The position numbers and the translations under genes are program-made. The notes below the pieces were generated by a model. That model had not been told where the DNA came from and did no database searches. It worked only from the letters and a program-made list of their open reading frames with translations. 64,000 nt of DNA from Felis catus (lineage: Eukaryota): contig NC_058368.1 of the NCBI RefSeq assembly GCF_018350175.1, positions 41,232,001 through 41,296,000 on the forward strand, read 5' to 3'. Of this stretch, positions 50,796-63,404 are shown one piece after another (position 1 is the stretch's first letter; each line of letters opens with the position of its first letter).

Positions 50796-51011
50796 AAAAA
50801 TTTTTTTTTAACTTCTATTTAATTTTGAGAGAGAGAGACAGAGCGTGAGCAAGGAAGGGGTAGAGAGAGAGGGAGACACAGAATCTGAAGCAAGCTCCAG
50901 GCTCTGAACTGTCAGCCCAGAGCCCAACATGGGGCATGAACCCACAAACTGTGAGATCATGACCTGAACCAATGTTGGACGCTTAACCTACTGGGCCACC
51001 CAGGTGCCCCC
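50796..51011 (-). mobile_element. Can-SINE
   Basis: Reverse head gccacccaggtgcccc, flanked by catattatt. Confidence 0.96.
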
Positions 51012-51224
51012 ATTCATATTATTTTTTTATTTCCCACTTCTCTGTATTCTAATATAGGAAATTATAACATTTTAGCATCTCATACATTTTTATTATGTTT
51101 TATATGCACTTAAAATTTGAAAAAAGGAAAACAATTCTTCATAGTGTCGTAAGCCAAGCTAAATACTATTACGTCGTTACATTTTCTTCCATCTTACGTT
51201 TCTCATGTAGAAATATTCTTCATA

Positions 51225-51443
51225 GGGGCGCCTGGGTGGCGCAGTCGGTTAAGCGTCCGACTTCAGCCAGGTCATGATCTCGCGGTCCGTGAGTTCGAGC
51301 CCCGCCTCAGGCTCTGGGCTGATGGCTCAGAACCTGGAGCCTGTTTCCGATTCTGTGTCTCCCTCTCTCTCTGCCCCTCCCCCGTTCATGCTCTGTCTCT
51401 CTCTGTCCCAAAAATAAATAAACGTTGAAAAAAAAATTAAAAA
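51225..51443 (+). mobile_element. Young felid Can-SINE
   Basis: Near-identical to the copy at 46227, with perfect 14-bp TSD aaatattcttcata. Confidence 0.98.
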
Positions 51444-51670
51444 AAATATTCTTCATAAATATATCATTTGATCCCACATTTTAACATATGCTTACACCAT
51501 ATTATCTTTCCATTTTCCATGTTATTTTAATTACTGAATGCTAGAGTTAATATTAAAATATTACTCCCTTGGACATAATCCAGTTTATCATTATTCTATG
51601 CCTAATATTTTCCCAAGTTTTCTGCTAAAACAGCTTGCATCAAACGTAGTTAAACCCTAATTTTCTCTTC

Positions 51671-51878
51671 TTTTTTAAAATTTTTTTCAACGTTTATTTA
51701 TTTTTGAGAGACAGTGACAAGAGGGGGAGGGGCAGATGAGAGAGACATAAAATCTAATGCAGGCTCCAGGGTTCACACTGCCAGCACAGAGCCAGAGGCA
51801 GGGCTCAAACCCACAAACTATGAGAGCATGACCTGAGCTGAAGTCAGAGACCTAACAGACTAAGCCACCCAGGTGCCC
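51671..51878 (-). mobile_element. Can-SINE
   Basis: Reverse head taagccacccaggtgccc and T tail. No clear TSD. Confidence 0.93.
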
Positions 51879-52324
51879 TTGGTGGCCAATATTCTTGTCT
51901 GCAGCTCCAATATCTAGATCATCAACGCATCTCTATTAACTGATTTTTCAAATGATGTATGTATTGCATCTTTACTTGTTTTGAAAAGTTTTATTCCTTT
52001 GTGTAAAGAACAACAGAGATGAATAGATTGTGTGTGTGTGTGTGGGGGGGGTATATACGTATATTCGTATCTAAGTATGTATCCTTCCCACCCCCACCCC
52101 TAGAGAATGCTCTTCTGTAAGAGTGATAAAGGTTGATAAATTTGGTAGATTCAGGAGTGAACTGCTTAGGGATGTGGTTATAGTTTTGATCCTTTTAGGA
52201 CAATCTTGAAATTCAAACACTAAAGGTCTAAGGAAATCTCTCTGCTATCTACATACCTCCATAGGCATGCAATCCACTTTTGTAATCATCCTAATACAAA
52301 ATTGTAAAATATTCATACTAGTAG

Positions 52325-52500
52325 TAATAACACAAAGCACTTATATAAGCTTACTATTTTCTAAGCACTCTTACAAGCATTTTTCTATATATTAATGTAT
52401 TTAATCCTTAGAAAAATTCTATAAGGAAAGAGATATTATTATCCCCATGTTACAGGTGAAAAAGGTTAACTAATTATGCTGAAAATTATGTAGATATAAG
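52325..52500 (-). mobile_element. MIR fragment
   Basis: 'gcacttatataagcttacta...tatttaatcctta...tattattatccccatgttacaggtgaaaa'. Confidence 0.75.
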
Positions 52501-52717
52501 TATTAGAGGAAGATATTCTATATGTTAAATATTTGTTTGAGGTAAAATATAGCAGAGTGTTTTTTTTTAAATGTTGTCTTGAGTTTTTTAAAATAAAACA
52601 GAGATTTGGTTTTAAGCAGCAAAGCTGTCTGGTAACGGGAAATAACTCTTAGTATCTATATTCCCCAGGCCTGCAAACTCAGTGAGAAAACTAAATTAAA
52701 AGAAAACCAAATTTACC

Positions 52718-53088
52718 GTAGCTGAGTCCTGGTGGATTTATGCCTATTCACCTCCCATTCTGAGCACATAGGAGGATTTTACTTTACTCCCCAAATTTAA
52801 ACATGGTCATATGATTTACACTGGTCAAGCAACAGTAAACAAAAATGACACGTGTCCCTTCCAAACTATTCATGATCAAGAGTAAATTCTCCATTTACTC
52901 ACTCTTGCCACAGCATCTTGTATGAATAGATCCCTCTGTCAGGCTCAGGAGTGATGATGGAAGAAACAAACATGGCTGCTGATCTGAAATGGACATATTT
53001 TATGACTAAGAGTAAATCTTTAATCTTTCAGGTCACTGTGGTTTGAAGGTTGTTATGATGGACTAACTTAGCTTATCCTTATTAGTAT
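52718..53088 (+). mobile_element. MaLR LTR (MLT1I/J-like)
   Basis: 'catggtcatatgatttacactggtcaa...aaatgacacgtgtcccttcc' and end 'aacttagcttatccttattagta'. Confidence 0.65.
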
Positions 53089-53499
53089 TGTTGGAGTCAC
53101 TTTTTGTCAGCATACATTGAACTTGAATAAAACATTATGATTTGGCTAGGTCACATAGCCTAATGGCTATGTGGACATATATGGCTATGTGGACACATAT
53201 GATGTCCAGCACTAAAGACCCAAAGAACTTTCTATTTATATGCCATTTCTTTTAATTAAGCTTATTATAAAATATATAGAAATTGCAGACATTTTTCTTT
53301 TCAAAAATGAAGAAAAACAGAAATAAGAGAACTACCATTATACATAATCCACTAAAATCTGTTATTATATTGATGGATTTGCTTACTTTTGTAACCTGAT
53401 AGCGCAAATATGAAATTTGAATGTGTGTAAATGTGAAAATATTTTTAAATCAAGACATTTTACAAAATTTATTTAAAAAAATCTTCCTCTGCCCCCTCT

Positions 53500-54600
53500 T
53501 TCATAACTATGCACCAGAAATAGCTACTTTCACATAATTTAGGAATTATTTTAGGAGTGGTTTGTCTCTAAATAAGATAGTGTTGCTAAGTTTATTTTTT
53601 TAACGTATCTATTCTCTACCCTCTGAAGAATTAGAATTTAATTTGCTTTTGTTTTTCTGTAACTACACTACACACTCATCATTTTGTACCCACCACCCCA
53701 TCCTCTCATTAGGGCTTATCATAATTTGGGTTAGGCCAATATTTGTATGCCTTTCATGATTACTATACATACACTATTCAGATCTGAGTAATAAACTTTA
53801 ATTTTTTTTGTCCTTGAATATCTATGTGAATAAGAAGTCTACCTTAACATTGACAATTGAGTGATAGTGTGGTTGGTTATGGATCTAGATTTCACCTTTC
53901 TTCAGAATTTTTAAGGCATTTCTGATTTTATTTTTAGCTTCTATTGTTTTCCATAAAAGCCTGAATCCATACTAATGACTGAGCCTCAGTATGTAAACTA
54001 GATTTTTTAAAAATATGGGATAATCTAGGATATTTTCACTGAATCCAATATTCTAAATTTCAAAATGTTGTGCCTTGGTATTGGTCTTATTTTCCCTACT
54101 CACAGACACTTAATGTATCCTTGAAAAATGAAAATGCCTGTTCTTAATGTTTATGAAAATTTCCCAAAAAGTTTATTTAATAATTTTTCTTTTTTGATAT
54201 CTCATGTAGTTTCTTCCTCAAACTACTATTATGTGGGTATTTGAATTAATAAAGTGTGTCACTTTTTTCTTACACTTTACTATCCTCTTGTCTATGTGTG
54301 TCTTTCATTATTTTTTTTCTCTTCTTTCTGTGAGGTTTCCTTACCTATATCTTTCAACCATACTATATAGAGCTTTTGATTTCAAATTGCAAATCAGTGT
54401 CCCTTATTCATACATAATTACCCCCCCACACACATACACTCACACACCCCTTATATATGATTATCTTATTTGCTTCATGAATGTTCTTTCTTTATTTCTC
54501 AAAAGTATCTTTTTTTCTTTATATAGTTTTATTCTACTATTCCTCCTTTTTAAACAGACTTTATTTTTAAGGTTAAGAATTTGTTTAAAAATGCTACTTT
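53500..54600 (-). mobile_element. HAL1-like LINE fossil
   Basis: 'tgatagtgtggttggttat...tcagaatttttaaggcatt...ttctaaatttcaaaatgttgtgccttggt' resembles the reverse HAL1 ORF region. Confidence 0.65.
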
Positions 54601-54932
54601 TTCTATAGCTCAGGAAATTGCTTACTAACCATGAACTTCACTCAGAATTAGCAATCAACTAATGATATACTTTTAAATATAAGCAGAGGATAAGATTTCT
54701 GAAGAAAAAAAAAACTCTAGCTAGTATTGTAGAGACCAAAACAAGGGGGGAAGTGGGTGGAGAAGCATGATTGAAGGAAACTAAGAAATCAAGAACCTTA
54801 AAAAGAAATGCACAAAGTGACACTTTGTTTTGCTCTCCTCAGAGAATAATTCTTAGGCATTTTTTCAGAGTAAAAGATGATATATATCTGCTTCCCTGGA
54901 ATGTCATAGACTCTGGGTCTAGAGTTTTCTCT

Positions 54933-55280
54933 TGTCTAGCAAGAGAGTGGGACGCAGGATGAAAAGTGAGAGATGGCAAGAGCCACGAATAAGGGTCCTT
55001 TCCCTATGTTTATTAAGATCATAAGGCTTACAAAGGTGCACAAAGAGACAAAGAAACTGGAAACATTAACTTGAGGATGTGAGGGAAAAGGAGGTGTATG
55101 GTGTTTGAGGTTTGGGTCAATATAAAACAAAATCCTGGTGCCAGGAAGATGGGCAGATGGTTATTAATGGCAGACAGGAAGAGCTGTGTCTGTTTATATT
55201 AGCTAGCCTAGGTGATAAGACAGATAGGGAGAAATAACCTCAGGGTTAACAAGGCACCTTAACTTTTTTAACCATCTCCA
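54933..55280 (-). mobile_element. ERV1-type solo LTR (348 bp)
   Basis: TG...CA termini with exact 4-bp TSD ctct (54929-54932, 55281-55284). Minus-strand TATAAA (~55193-55198) precedes minus-strand AATAAA (55009-55014). Confidence 0.78.
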
Positions 55281-55784
55281 CTCTGGCCTGCATCACCTGC
55301 AGTGCAGCAGTCTATAGTCCAATTTACCTGTTTTACCTAACTTGGTCCTTCCTTCCTATGAAAGCAGCTTCTGCTATAGTACTAAATTGGGGTGCTTCCA
55401 CCCTGAACACCTAATCTTGTTTATTTCATATACCTATGTATTGGGTGCCTTTGCACACCTCTCTATACTGGGGTGCCTTTGCACCTCCCTATTCTTGGGT
55501 GCCTTATCATGTTTACCTAAACTCAGGTGTATCTTATGGTTTTGTACTTCTTTATGCCTTGTTAACCCATTGGTGTAAGCCCAGGGGATTCTTAAGCTTA
55601 TTCCCCACACTGGCATATTGCAAGGCATCAAGGAATGTAAAATATTCCTTACAGTCAGTTAATTCTCCTTATTTTAGCCCAATCCTTGCTCTTTTTCTAA
55701 TTTCCAGCGGTACCTGATAATACCATATGCTGAGCATCTCAGAAAATGTATGTATGTATGTATGTATGTATGTATGTATGTATT

Positions 55785-57085
55785 ATTCTAATTCCAGTAT
55801 AGTTAACATCCAGTGTTATATTAGTTTCAGGTCTACCATATAGTGGTTCAGCAATTCTATTCCTTACTCAGTGCTCATCCTAATAAATATATTCTTTAAT
55901 CCCCTTCACCTATTCCACCCATTCCCCCACCCACTTCCCCTCAACCAAAAATCAGTTTGTTCTCTATAGTTAAGAGTCTGTTTTTGGTTTGTCTCTTTTT
56001 TCTCTATTCATTTGTTTTGTTTCTTAAATTCCACATATGAGTGAAATTATATATTTGCTTTTCTCTGACTGACTTATTTCACTCCGCATAATACTCTCTA
56101 AATCCATCCATGTTGCTGCAAATAGCAAAACTCATTTTTTTTAATTAAAGGACACTTGGGCTTCTCCATAATTTGACTCTTGTAAATAATGCTATAATAG
56201 ACACAAGGATGCATATATCTTTTCAAATTAGGTTTTCATATTCTCTGGGTAAATACTGAATCATATGGTAGTTCTATTTTTAACTTTTTTAATAACCTTC
56301 ATATTATTACCAGAGTGGCTGCACCAGTTGCACTCCTACCAATGGTGCTCAGGGTTCCTTTTTGTCCTCATCCTCATCAACACTGTTTCTTGTGTTTTTG
56401 ATTTTTGCCATTCTGACAGTTGTGAAGTGATCTCTCATTGCAGTTTTGATTTGCATTTCCTTGATGATTAATGGTCTTGAGCATCTTTTCATGTGTCTGT
56501 TGGCCATCTGGATGTTTTCTTTGAAGATATGCCTGTTCATGTCTTTTGCCCATTTTCTATTGGATTATTCGTATTTTTTTGTGTTAAGTTGTATAAGTTT
56601 CTTATATATTTTGGATACCACCCTTTTATTGAATATGTCATTTGCAAATATCTTCTACCATTCAATAGGTTGTGTTTTAGTTTTGTTGATTGTTTCCTTT
56701 GCTGTACAGAAGCTTTTTATTTTGATGTAGTCCCAATAGTTTATTTTGGCTTTTGTTTTCCTTGCCTTAGAAGACGTATCTAGAAAAATGTTGCTATGGC
56801 TGTCAGAGAAATTACTGCTTGTGCACTCTTCAAGGATTTTTATGGTTTCAGGTTTCACATTTAGGTCCTTAATCCATTTTGAGTTTATTTTTGTGTGTTT
56901 GAAGAAAGTGGTCCAGTTTCATTCTTTGGATTGTAGCTGTCCAGTTTTCTCCATACCATTTGTTGAGGAATCTGTCTTTTTCCCATTGTTTATTCTTGCA
57001 ATTAATTCAAAGATCAGTTGAACTCATAACTGTGGGTTTATTTCTAGGCTCTCTATTCTGTTCCATTGATCTATATGTCTATTTT
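55785..57085 (-). mobile_element. Carnivore L1 3' portion
   Basis: Minus ORFs [21 protein letters not shown] and [10 protein letters not shown]. Reverse 3'UTR with (ATGT)n at the tail end (55746-55783). Confidence 0.95.
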
Positions 57086-59164
57086 TGGCATTTTGGGAAA
57101 ATTTTGAGGTATAAGCTTAGCCATTCCTTAGCTTTCCTCACTGCTAGCCAAGGATTCATTTTGGGTAAGTTTTCTAAGTGGTTTAACAACAGACCCATTT
57201 GATTTCCAACATCAACAGTTTGTTGATGATGTGTCATTTACCATTCTCCTTCTTTCTGTTTATTTACTATAAAAACAAATAAGCTTATAAATAAAAGTTT
57301 TTGTTTGTTTAGCTATAACTAAAAACTATATTACTATAGTTGGTTTTCAAGATGCAGCAGGAGAAGATGTTTTCAAATTTATTTTTAATTGGGTTTTATG
57401 ATTTTATATTATATTGTATTATAAAAGTTTATCCAAAACTTTAATTCTCTTAAGAAAACTTAATTTTAATGCTGTCCTGGGATTCCATCATACTAAAATA
57501 GTTTATTATTTTTTTAACCATTTCCACTTGTTGAATAAATAGCTTGTTTCCCAATTCTCATTATACATATTTCAAACTATATTAATGTATTTTGAAAAAT
57601 ATGAATCCTAACATTTATCCAGCCACAAATTTTTCCACATTATTATCCACATTATTATCCACATTATCATGAACTTACCCCTCCCTATAATTTCACTTTA
57701 ATCTTAAAGACAATTAAATCTATTTTAGGAGCTGAAGGATAAATAATAACATTTCTAGAAAAATACCAATTGAGAACATCAGCAAATGGCAGAGTAGGCA
57801 GCTCCAAGCTCTTGTCCTTCCTCAAAAACACTGAAAAATAATTAGAAACTACCAGCGCCAACTTTGTCAGAATTCTGAAAAGAGTCAAAGGTATACAGCA
57901 GCCAAGTGAATGCTGAGTCAAGAAAAAGGCAACTTGATAATACTGGGAAAGCTTTGTGGTGTTTTAATTTGTCCTTGCCCCAACACCTTCCCAGGGAGGA
58001 ACTCTTGTCCAGGGTTCCAGAGGGGAGCAGAGCAGACCTTATCTGCAGATTGTATATGTCTGTTCTAATCTGTCTGAGGACTACCTGAAGGACCTGGTGC
58101 TTGTCTCTTGTTTTGCCTAACTTGAATCTCAGGCTGGAAAGGAGGAATTGTTCATAAACAATGGAAGTGGAACAAATGACCTGCAGTCACCTACATTAAA
58201 AAAAGATCTAATATATGCAAGATAGGCCACATAATGCCTGGGAGAAAAAAAGTCAGTGAAACTTTCTTTGTGAAATTAGGACATTCAAGTGTATCCATGT
58301 ACGTGGGAGAATTTAGAAGGTCCTATGTATGTTTAAGATAGATGAAAGAAAATCCTAAGCTTTCATCTCAGGCCGATTCTTAGGCTCTGCAGAAGCTTAA
58401 GAATTGAATAAATGCTTCAGCACAGACATTACCTGCAAACACTAGAAGAAGTAATGCTTAATTTTTTTCCCCAAAGTATACAAAAGTAAACTACGAGATC
58501 TAGTAAAGAAATACATCAAAATTGTAGGGTACAAGATCAACACACTAAAATCAGTCGTGTTTTTATATGCCAGCATTGTATAATCTGAGAAGGAAAGTAA
58601 GAAAACAATATTACCTACAATAGCTTCTAAAATAATAAAATACCTGGTAATAAATTTATTAAAGGAAATGAAATACTTGTAAATAAATGTAACGATATGT
58701 AATGATATCATGTTCATGAATAGCAAAAATTGATATTGTTCTACCCAAAGCAATCCACAGATTCAATCTAATCCATATTAAAATACCAACAGTTTTTTGA
58801 TGAAATGAGAAAGCCAATCATCAAATTTACATGGAGTTGCAAGGGGTTCAGAAAATCAGAATAATCTTAAAAAAATGAGAACAATGTCAAAAGATTCACA
58901 TTCCAAAATTTAAAACTTGATACAAGACTACAGTGTTCAAAACTGTTTCACTGGCATAAGAACAGACATATATGCCATGGAACAATTGAGATTCCAGAAA
59001 TAAATCCATACATTTACGGATATTTGATTTTTCACAAAGGTTCCATGCCCACCCAATAGGAAAAGAAATGTCTGCAAAAGATGATACTGGGAGAGCTGGA
59101 TTTCCACATGCAAATGAGTGACATTGGAATATTATTTTATACCATATACAAAATTAACTCAAAA

Positions 59165-59284
59165 GGGATGTTAACTAATGCTATAGTGTTAATCATATTG
59201 CAATATATAAATATATCAAATCAACACATTGTACACCTTAAACTTACACAATGTTGTATGTCAATTATAGCTCAGTAAAAAAAG
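59165..59284 (+). mobile_element. Short L1 3'-end insertion inside older L1
   Basis: 'tgtacaccttaaacttacacaatgttgtatgtcaattatagctcagtaaaaaaa' splits the host sequence aaaattaactcaaaa|tg(g)atc. Confidence 0.8.
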
Positions 59285-59553
59285 AAATGAATCAATGACC
59301 TAAAGATAAGAACTAAAACTATAAAACTCTTAGAAGAAAGCACAGGGATAAATCCTCATGACCTTGGATTTGCAGTGGATTCTTAAATATGTTAGCAAAA
59401 GGAGGAGCAACAAAGGAAAAATATGCAAATTAGACTTTATCAAAATTAAAAAGTCATGTGTATCTAAGGACCTCATCAAAAAAGTGAAAAGGCACACAAC
59501 AGAATGGTAGAAGATATTTGCAAATAATTTCTCTGTTAAGAGTTTAATATCCA

Positions 59554-59766
59554 GGGGCTCCTGGATGGCTCAGTTGGCTGAGCATCTGACTTCAGCTCAG
59601 GTCGTGATCTCTGGTTCGTGAGTTCGAGTCCTACCTTGGGCTTTGTGCTGGCAATGAGGACCTACTTCAGACCGATTTTTGTCTCCTTCTCTCTCTCTGC
59701 CCCTCCTCTGCTTGTGCTTGTTCTCTCTCTGTCTCTCTCTCTCTCTCTCTCAAAACTAAACATTAA
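59554..59766 (+). mobile_element. Can-SINE inside L1
   Basis: TSD aagag(cg)tttaatatcca. Confidence 0.95.
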
Positions 59767-60049
59767 AAGAGCGTTTAATATCCAGATTATAATAAAGAAC
59801 TTCTACATCTCAACCACAAAAAGGCAAACTTCAAAAGCACTGAATGGCACACTTCAAATTACTTGAAATGGAAGATTTTATGATACATATATTTTTTACC
59901 ATTGTAAAAATTTTTTTTCAAAATTGTTTAAATTCCTTTAGAGGGATATTATAGAATCAGATTTAAAAGCTATGAAATACATGTTTGTGATATTTTCCAT
60001 AAGGTGTGATAATGGGCAAAGAACAGCTTTTCATTTAAATTTGTAAGCT

Positions 60050-60260
60050 CAAGAATCAGACTGCTAAAGTCATGTTAAAATCTTGGGACTAGCTCTTACT
60101 AGGCAGACCTTACTTATGTTGTTGTTTTTTTTTTCTCATTTCTTCATCTGTGATATGCAGCTTTAGAAATGTCCATACAAGATCATTTTGAGAATATAAT
60201 AGCAAAACATGTGCATAATATTTAAGAGAATACACGGCAAACTCAAAAATGTTAGCAATT
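60050..60260 (+). mobile_element. MIR fragment
   Basis: 'gaatcagactgc...ctcatttcttcatctgtgat...aactcaaaaatgttagc'. Confidence 0.6.
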
Positions 60261-61366
60261 TTTATATTTCCTGCCTTTATACTAGAGGGTATTCTTAAAG
60301 TCTTGACAAAATATTCAGTATAACAAACCTACATTGGCTTTCAAGTAACTAAATTTCCATTAATATGCTATACATAACAAGTTTAAAAAGTAGAAAATTT
60401 AGTTAATTATCTGATGCATTTCAGTCTCCTTATTTAACTGATAATGTGCAGTCACCTTAGGGGAAAAAATCTATCCCCCTCCCCACACTAAATTATCTCA
60501 AAATCCTCATAAACCTTCAGTCAATTTCACAAGTGTAAACAATTTTTCAACTATATGAAGAATATGGAACAAAACAAATAATGTATGAACATAAACATAA
60601 AACAGATCCATAAACCAATGAATTTATAATACACTTTGAGTCACACCTAGTAGAGTTTAATGTTAAGAGTTTATATTTTGAAATATATACCTATTAAAGA
60701 TGACTACACCTTCCAAGACAGCAGATTTTGAAAAGCAAATATTGGTAGGCTTCTTTTATTGATTTATCTTTTACACAGATTCGTATAGTTTCCAGCAAGT
60801 TACTTCATCTGAACAAATGGCAGATGCTATCTCTGATAACTGAGCAATTTAACAACCTGCTGTGTCACAGATGCACAAATCCTAATACATGCAGAATATA
60901 ATCTTGCCAAACACAGAGATTCACTGTTAATTACTCTTTTCCTCTGTAAGTTATATTTACATTTTTTTGCAGGTTCTTAAATGACTCAATGTTTTCCCCC
61001 TGGATATTGTGTCAATTTATTTTCCATCTATGTGTAATAACAAATTTGGAATTCTTTTCCAGAAAGTATATTATTTCAGTCTTTGAATACATGATGCTTT
61101 CATAGAAAATTAGTATTTGCTGGGTAATGGATAATGTAGGTAACGTATTGGAGTTGCTTTTGCAGTTTCCAAGAAAGAGAGATTCTGTGTAGCTATGACC
61201 ATAATATTGTATTTTTGATGTATTGCTGATGAAGAGATTTTTTTTTTAAATTAGTGGTATAACAGTTTGGTATTTACCAATCACTTTTAATATTCACAAA
61301 TTGTAATAGCATTCATTACCAGAAGCAAAATAATGACATCTTGTGAGACTTGCTAAAGAACATATG

Positions 61367-62861
61367 AAATCATGCTCCCTGATTTCGAATTATACTACAA
61401 AGCTATAGTAATCGAAACTGTGGTGTTATCAAAAAGAGATACATATAGATTGATGGAATAGAATAGTGCCCCCAGAAATAAACCCACACATACATGGTCA
61501 ATTGAAGCCAAGAATATACAGTGGGGAAAGGACAGTCTCTCTAGTAAATGGTGTTTACTAGAAACCTGGACAGATGTGTGCAAAAGAATGAGTCTGGACA
61601 AATATCTTACACCACATATAAGAATCAACTCAAATGTATTAAAGATTTGAATGGAAGACTGAAACTATAAAAATTTTAGAAGAAACCATAAGCAGTAAGC
61701 TCCTTAACATTGGTCTTTGCCTTTAATTTTCGGATCTGACTCCAAAAGCAAATGCAACAAAAGCAAAAGTACACAAGTGGGACAATATTAAACTTAAAAG
61801 CTTCTGCACAGCATCCAAGGAAACTATTAACAAAATGAAAACTAAATTAGTAAATGTAAAAGAAATATTTGCAAATCATATGTCAAAAAAGGAGTTAATA
61901 ATAAAAATATATGAAGAACTCCTACAACTCAACAGCAAAAAACAAAACAAAACAAAACACAGAATAAAACAAGTAAACAAACAAAATAAAACAAATCTAA
62001 AAATGAGCAGAGGATCTAATAAACTTTTCCCAAAGACACACAAATGGCCACCAGGCACAAGGAAAGATGCTCAGTATCATCTCAGATCATCAAAGAAATG
62101 CAAATCAAAACCACAATGAGATACCACTTCACACCTGTCAGAATGGATATTAGCAAAAAGGCAAAAAATAACAAATGTTGGTAATGATGTGGAGAAAGGG
62201 AATCCTTGTACACCGTAGGCAGAATGTAAATTGGTACAATCAGTGCAGAAAATAGTCTGGAGTTATCTCAAAAAATTTAAAATATAGCTGTCATATAATC
62301 CACCAATGTCACTACTGGGTATTTATCTGAAGAAAACAAAATACAAATCTGAAAAGGTACATGCACCCTTATGTTTATTGCAGCATTATTTACGATAGCC
62401 AAGAGAGGTCTATAACCTCAATGTCCATTGATGGACGAATGGATAAAGATGTGGTATATACATACATTGGAGCACTACTCAGCCATGAAAAAAGAATAAA
62501 ATCTTGCCATTTGCAACAACATGGCTGGATCTTGAGAGTATTATGCTAAGTGAAATAAGTCAGACAGAGAAAAACAAGTACAATATTATTTCACTTATGT
62601 GGAATCTAAATAAGAAAACAAATAAACAAACCAAACAAAACCAGCCAAAATGAAATTCATAGATAAACAAACTGGTGGTTATCAGAGGAGAAAAGGGGTT
62701 GGGGGTGTGAGTGAAAGAGTGAAGGTGGTCAATTGTATGGTGATGAATGTTAACTAGACCTATTGTGGTAATCACTTTGTAGTGCATGTGAATATCAAAT
62801 TATTATGTTGTACACCTGAAACTACTGTAATGTTAAATACCAATCTTACCTAAATAATAAA
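61367..62861 (+). mobile_element. Carnivore L1 3' portion (5'-truncated)
   Basis: ORF2 remnants [22 protein letters not shown] and CTLMFIAALFTIA, with 3'UTR. TSD aaagaacatatg at 61355-61366 and 62862-62873. Confidence 0.95.
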
Positions 62862-63036
62862 AAAGAACATATGGAAATTCACCATTATGTAAATATAATT
62901 AGTTCTAAAACAACCCGCCACTATAAAATATTTGCAACATTCACCTTAATTCCATAGTAGAATGGTTAAATAATATGATTATAATTTTATCTACAAAATG
63001 CATCTAAAATAATATAAATATTTAAAACTATTTTAT

Positions 63037-63252
63037 GGGGTGCCTGGGTGGCTCAGTCTGTTAGGGGTCTGACTTCAACTCAGGTCATGATCTCGTGGTC
63101 CGTGAGTTCGAGCCCCGCGTCGGGCTCTGGGCTGATGGCTCAGAGCCTGGAGCCTGCTTCTGATTCTGTGTCTCCCTCTCTCTCTGCCCCTCCCCCATTC
63201 ATGCTCTGTCTCTCTCTGTCTCAAAAATAAACAAACGTTAAAAAAATTTTTT
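63037..63252 (+). mobile_element. Felid Can-SINE
   Basis: Perfect 12-bp TSD aaactattttat. Confidence 0.97.
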
Positions 63253-63404
63253 AAACTATTTTATTTACCTTATTTACAACAGAATTAGGTTATTTCACGA
63301 TGCATTCATTCTTTGAATACTTTAAGGATGTGTTAAGCTAACTTTTGTTTGTGTACCTATATGAGTTTGTAATTTGGGCCAAAACTTAATAGTGTATTGC
63401 ACTG

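Larger units (their letters stand above)
57770..59910 (+). mobile_element. Internally deleted old L1 (5'UTR-like start, ORF2 pieces, 3' end)
   Basis: 5' 'aaatggcagagtaggcagctccaagctc', then ORF2 'gggtacaagatcaacaca' and 'ttagactttatcaaaattaaaa', then a short L1MB-like 3' end. Hosts two later insertions. Confidence 0.8.

Noticed and set aside
54231..54608. 125-aa hydrophobic ORF that looks like a membrane protein
   Set aside because: The F/L/I bias comes from the T-rich antisense strand of an old LINE.
57633..57668. 12-bp tandem triplication (tccacattatta), and similar small duplications near 53163 and 40313
   Set aside because: Ordinary slippage duplications with no further structure.
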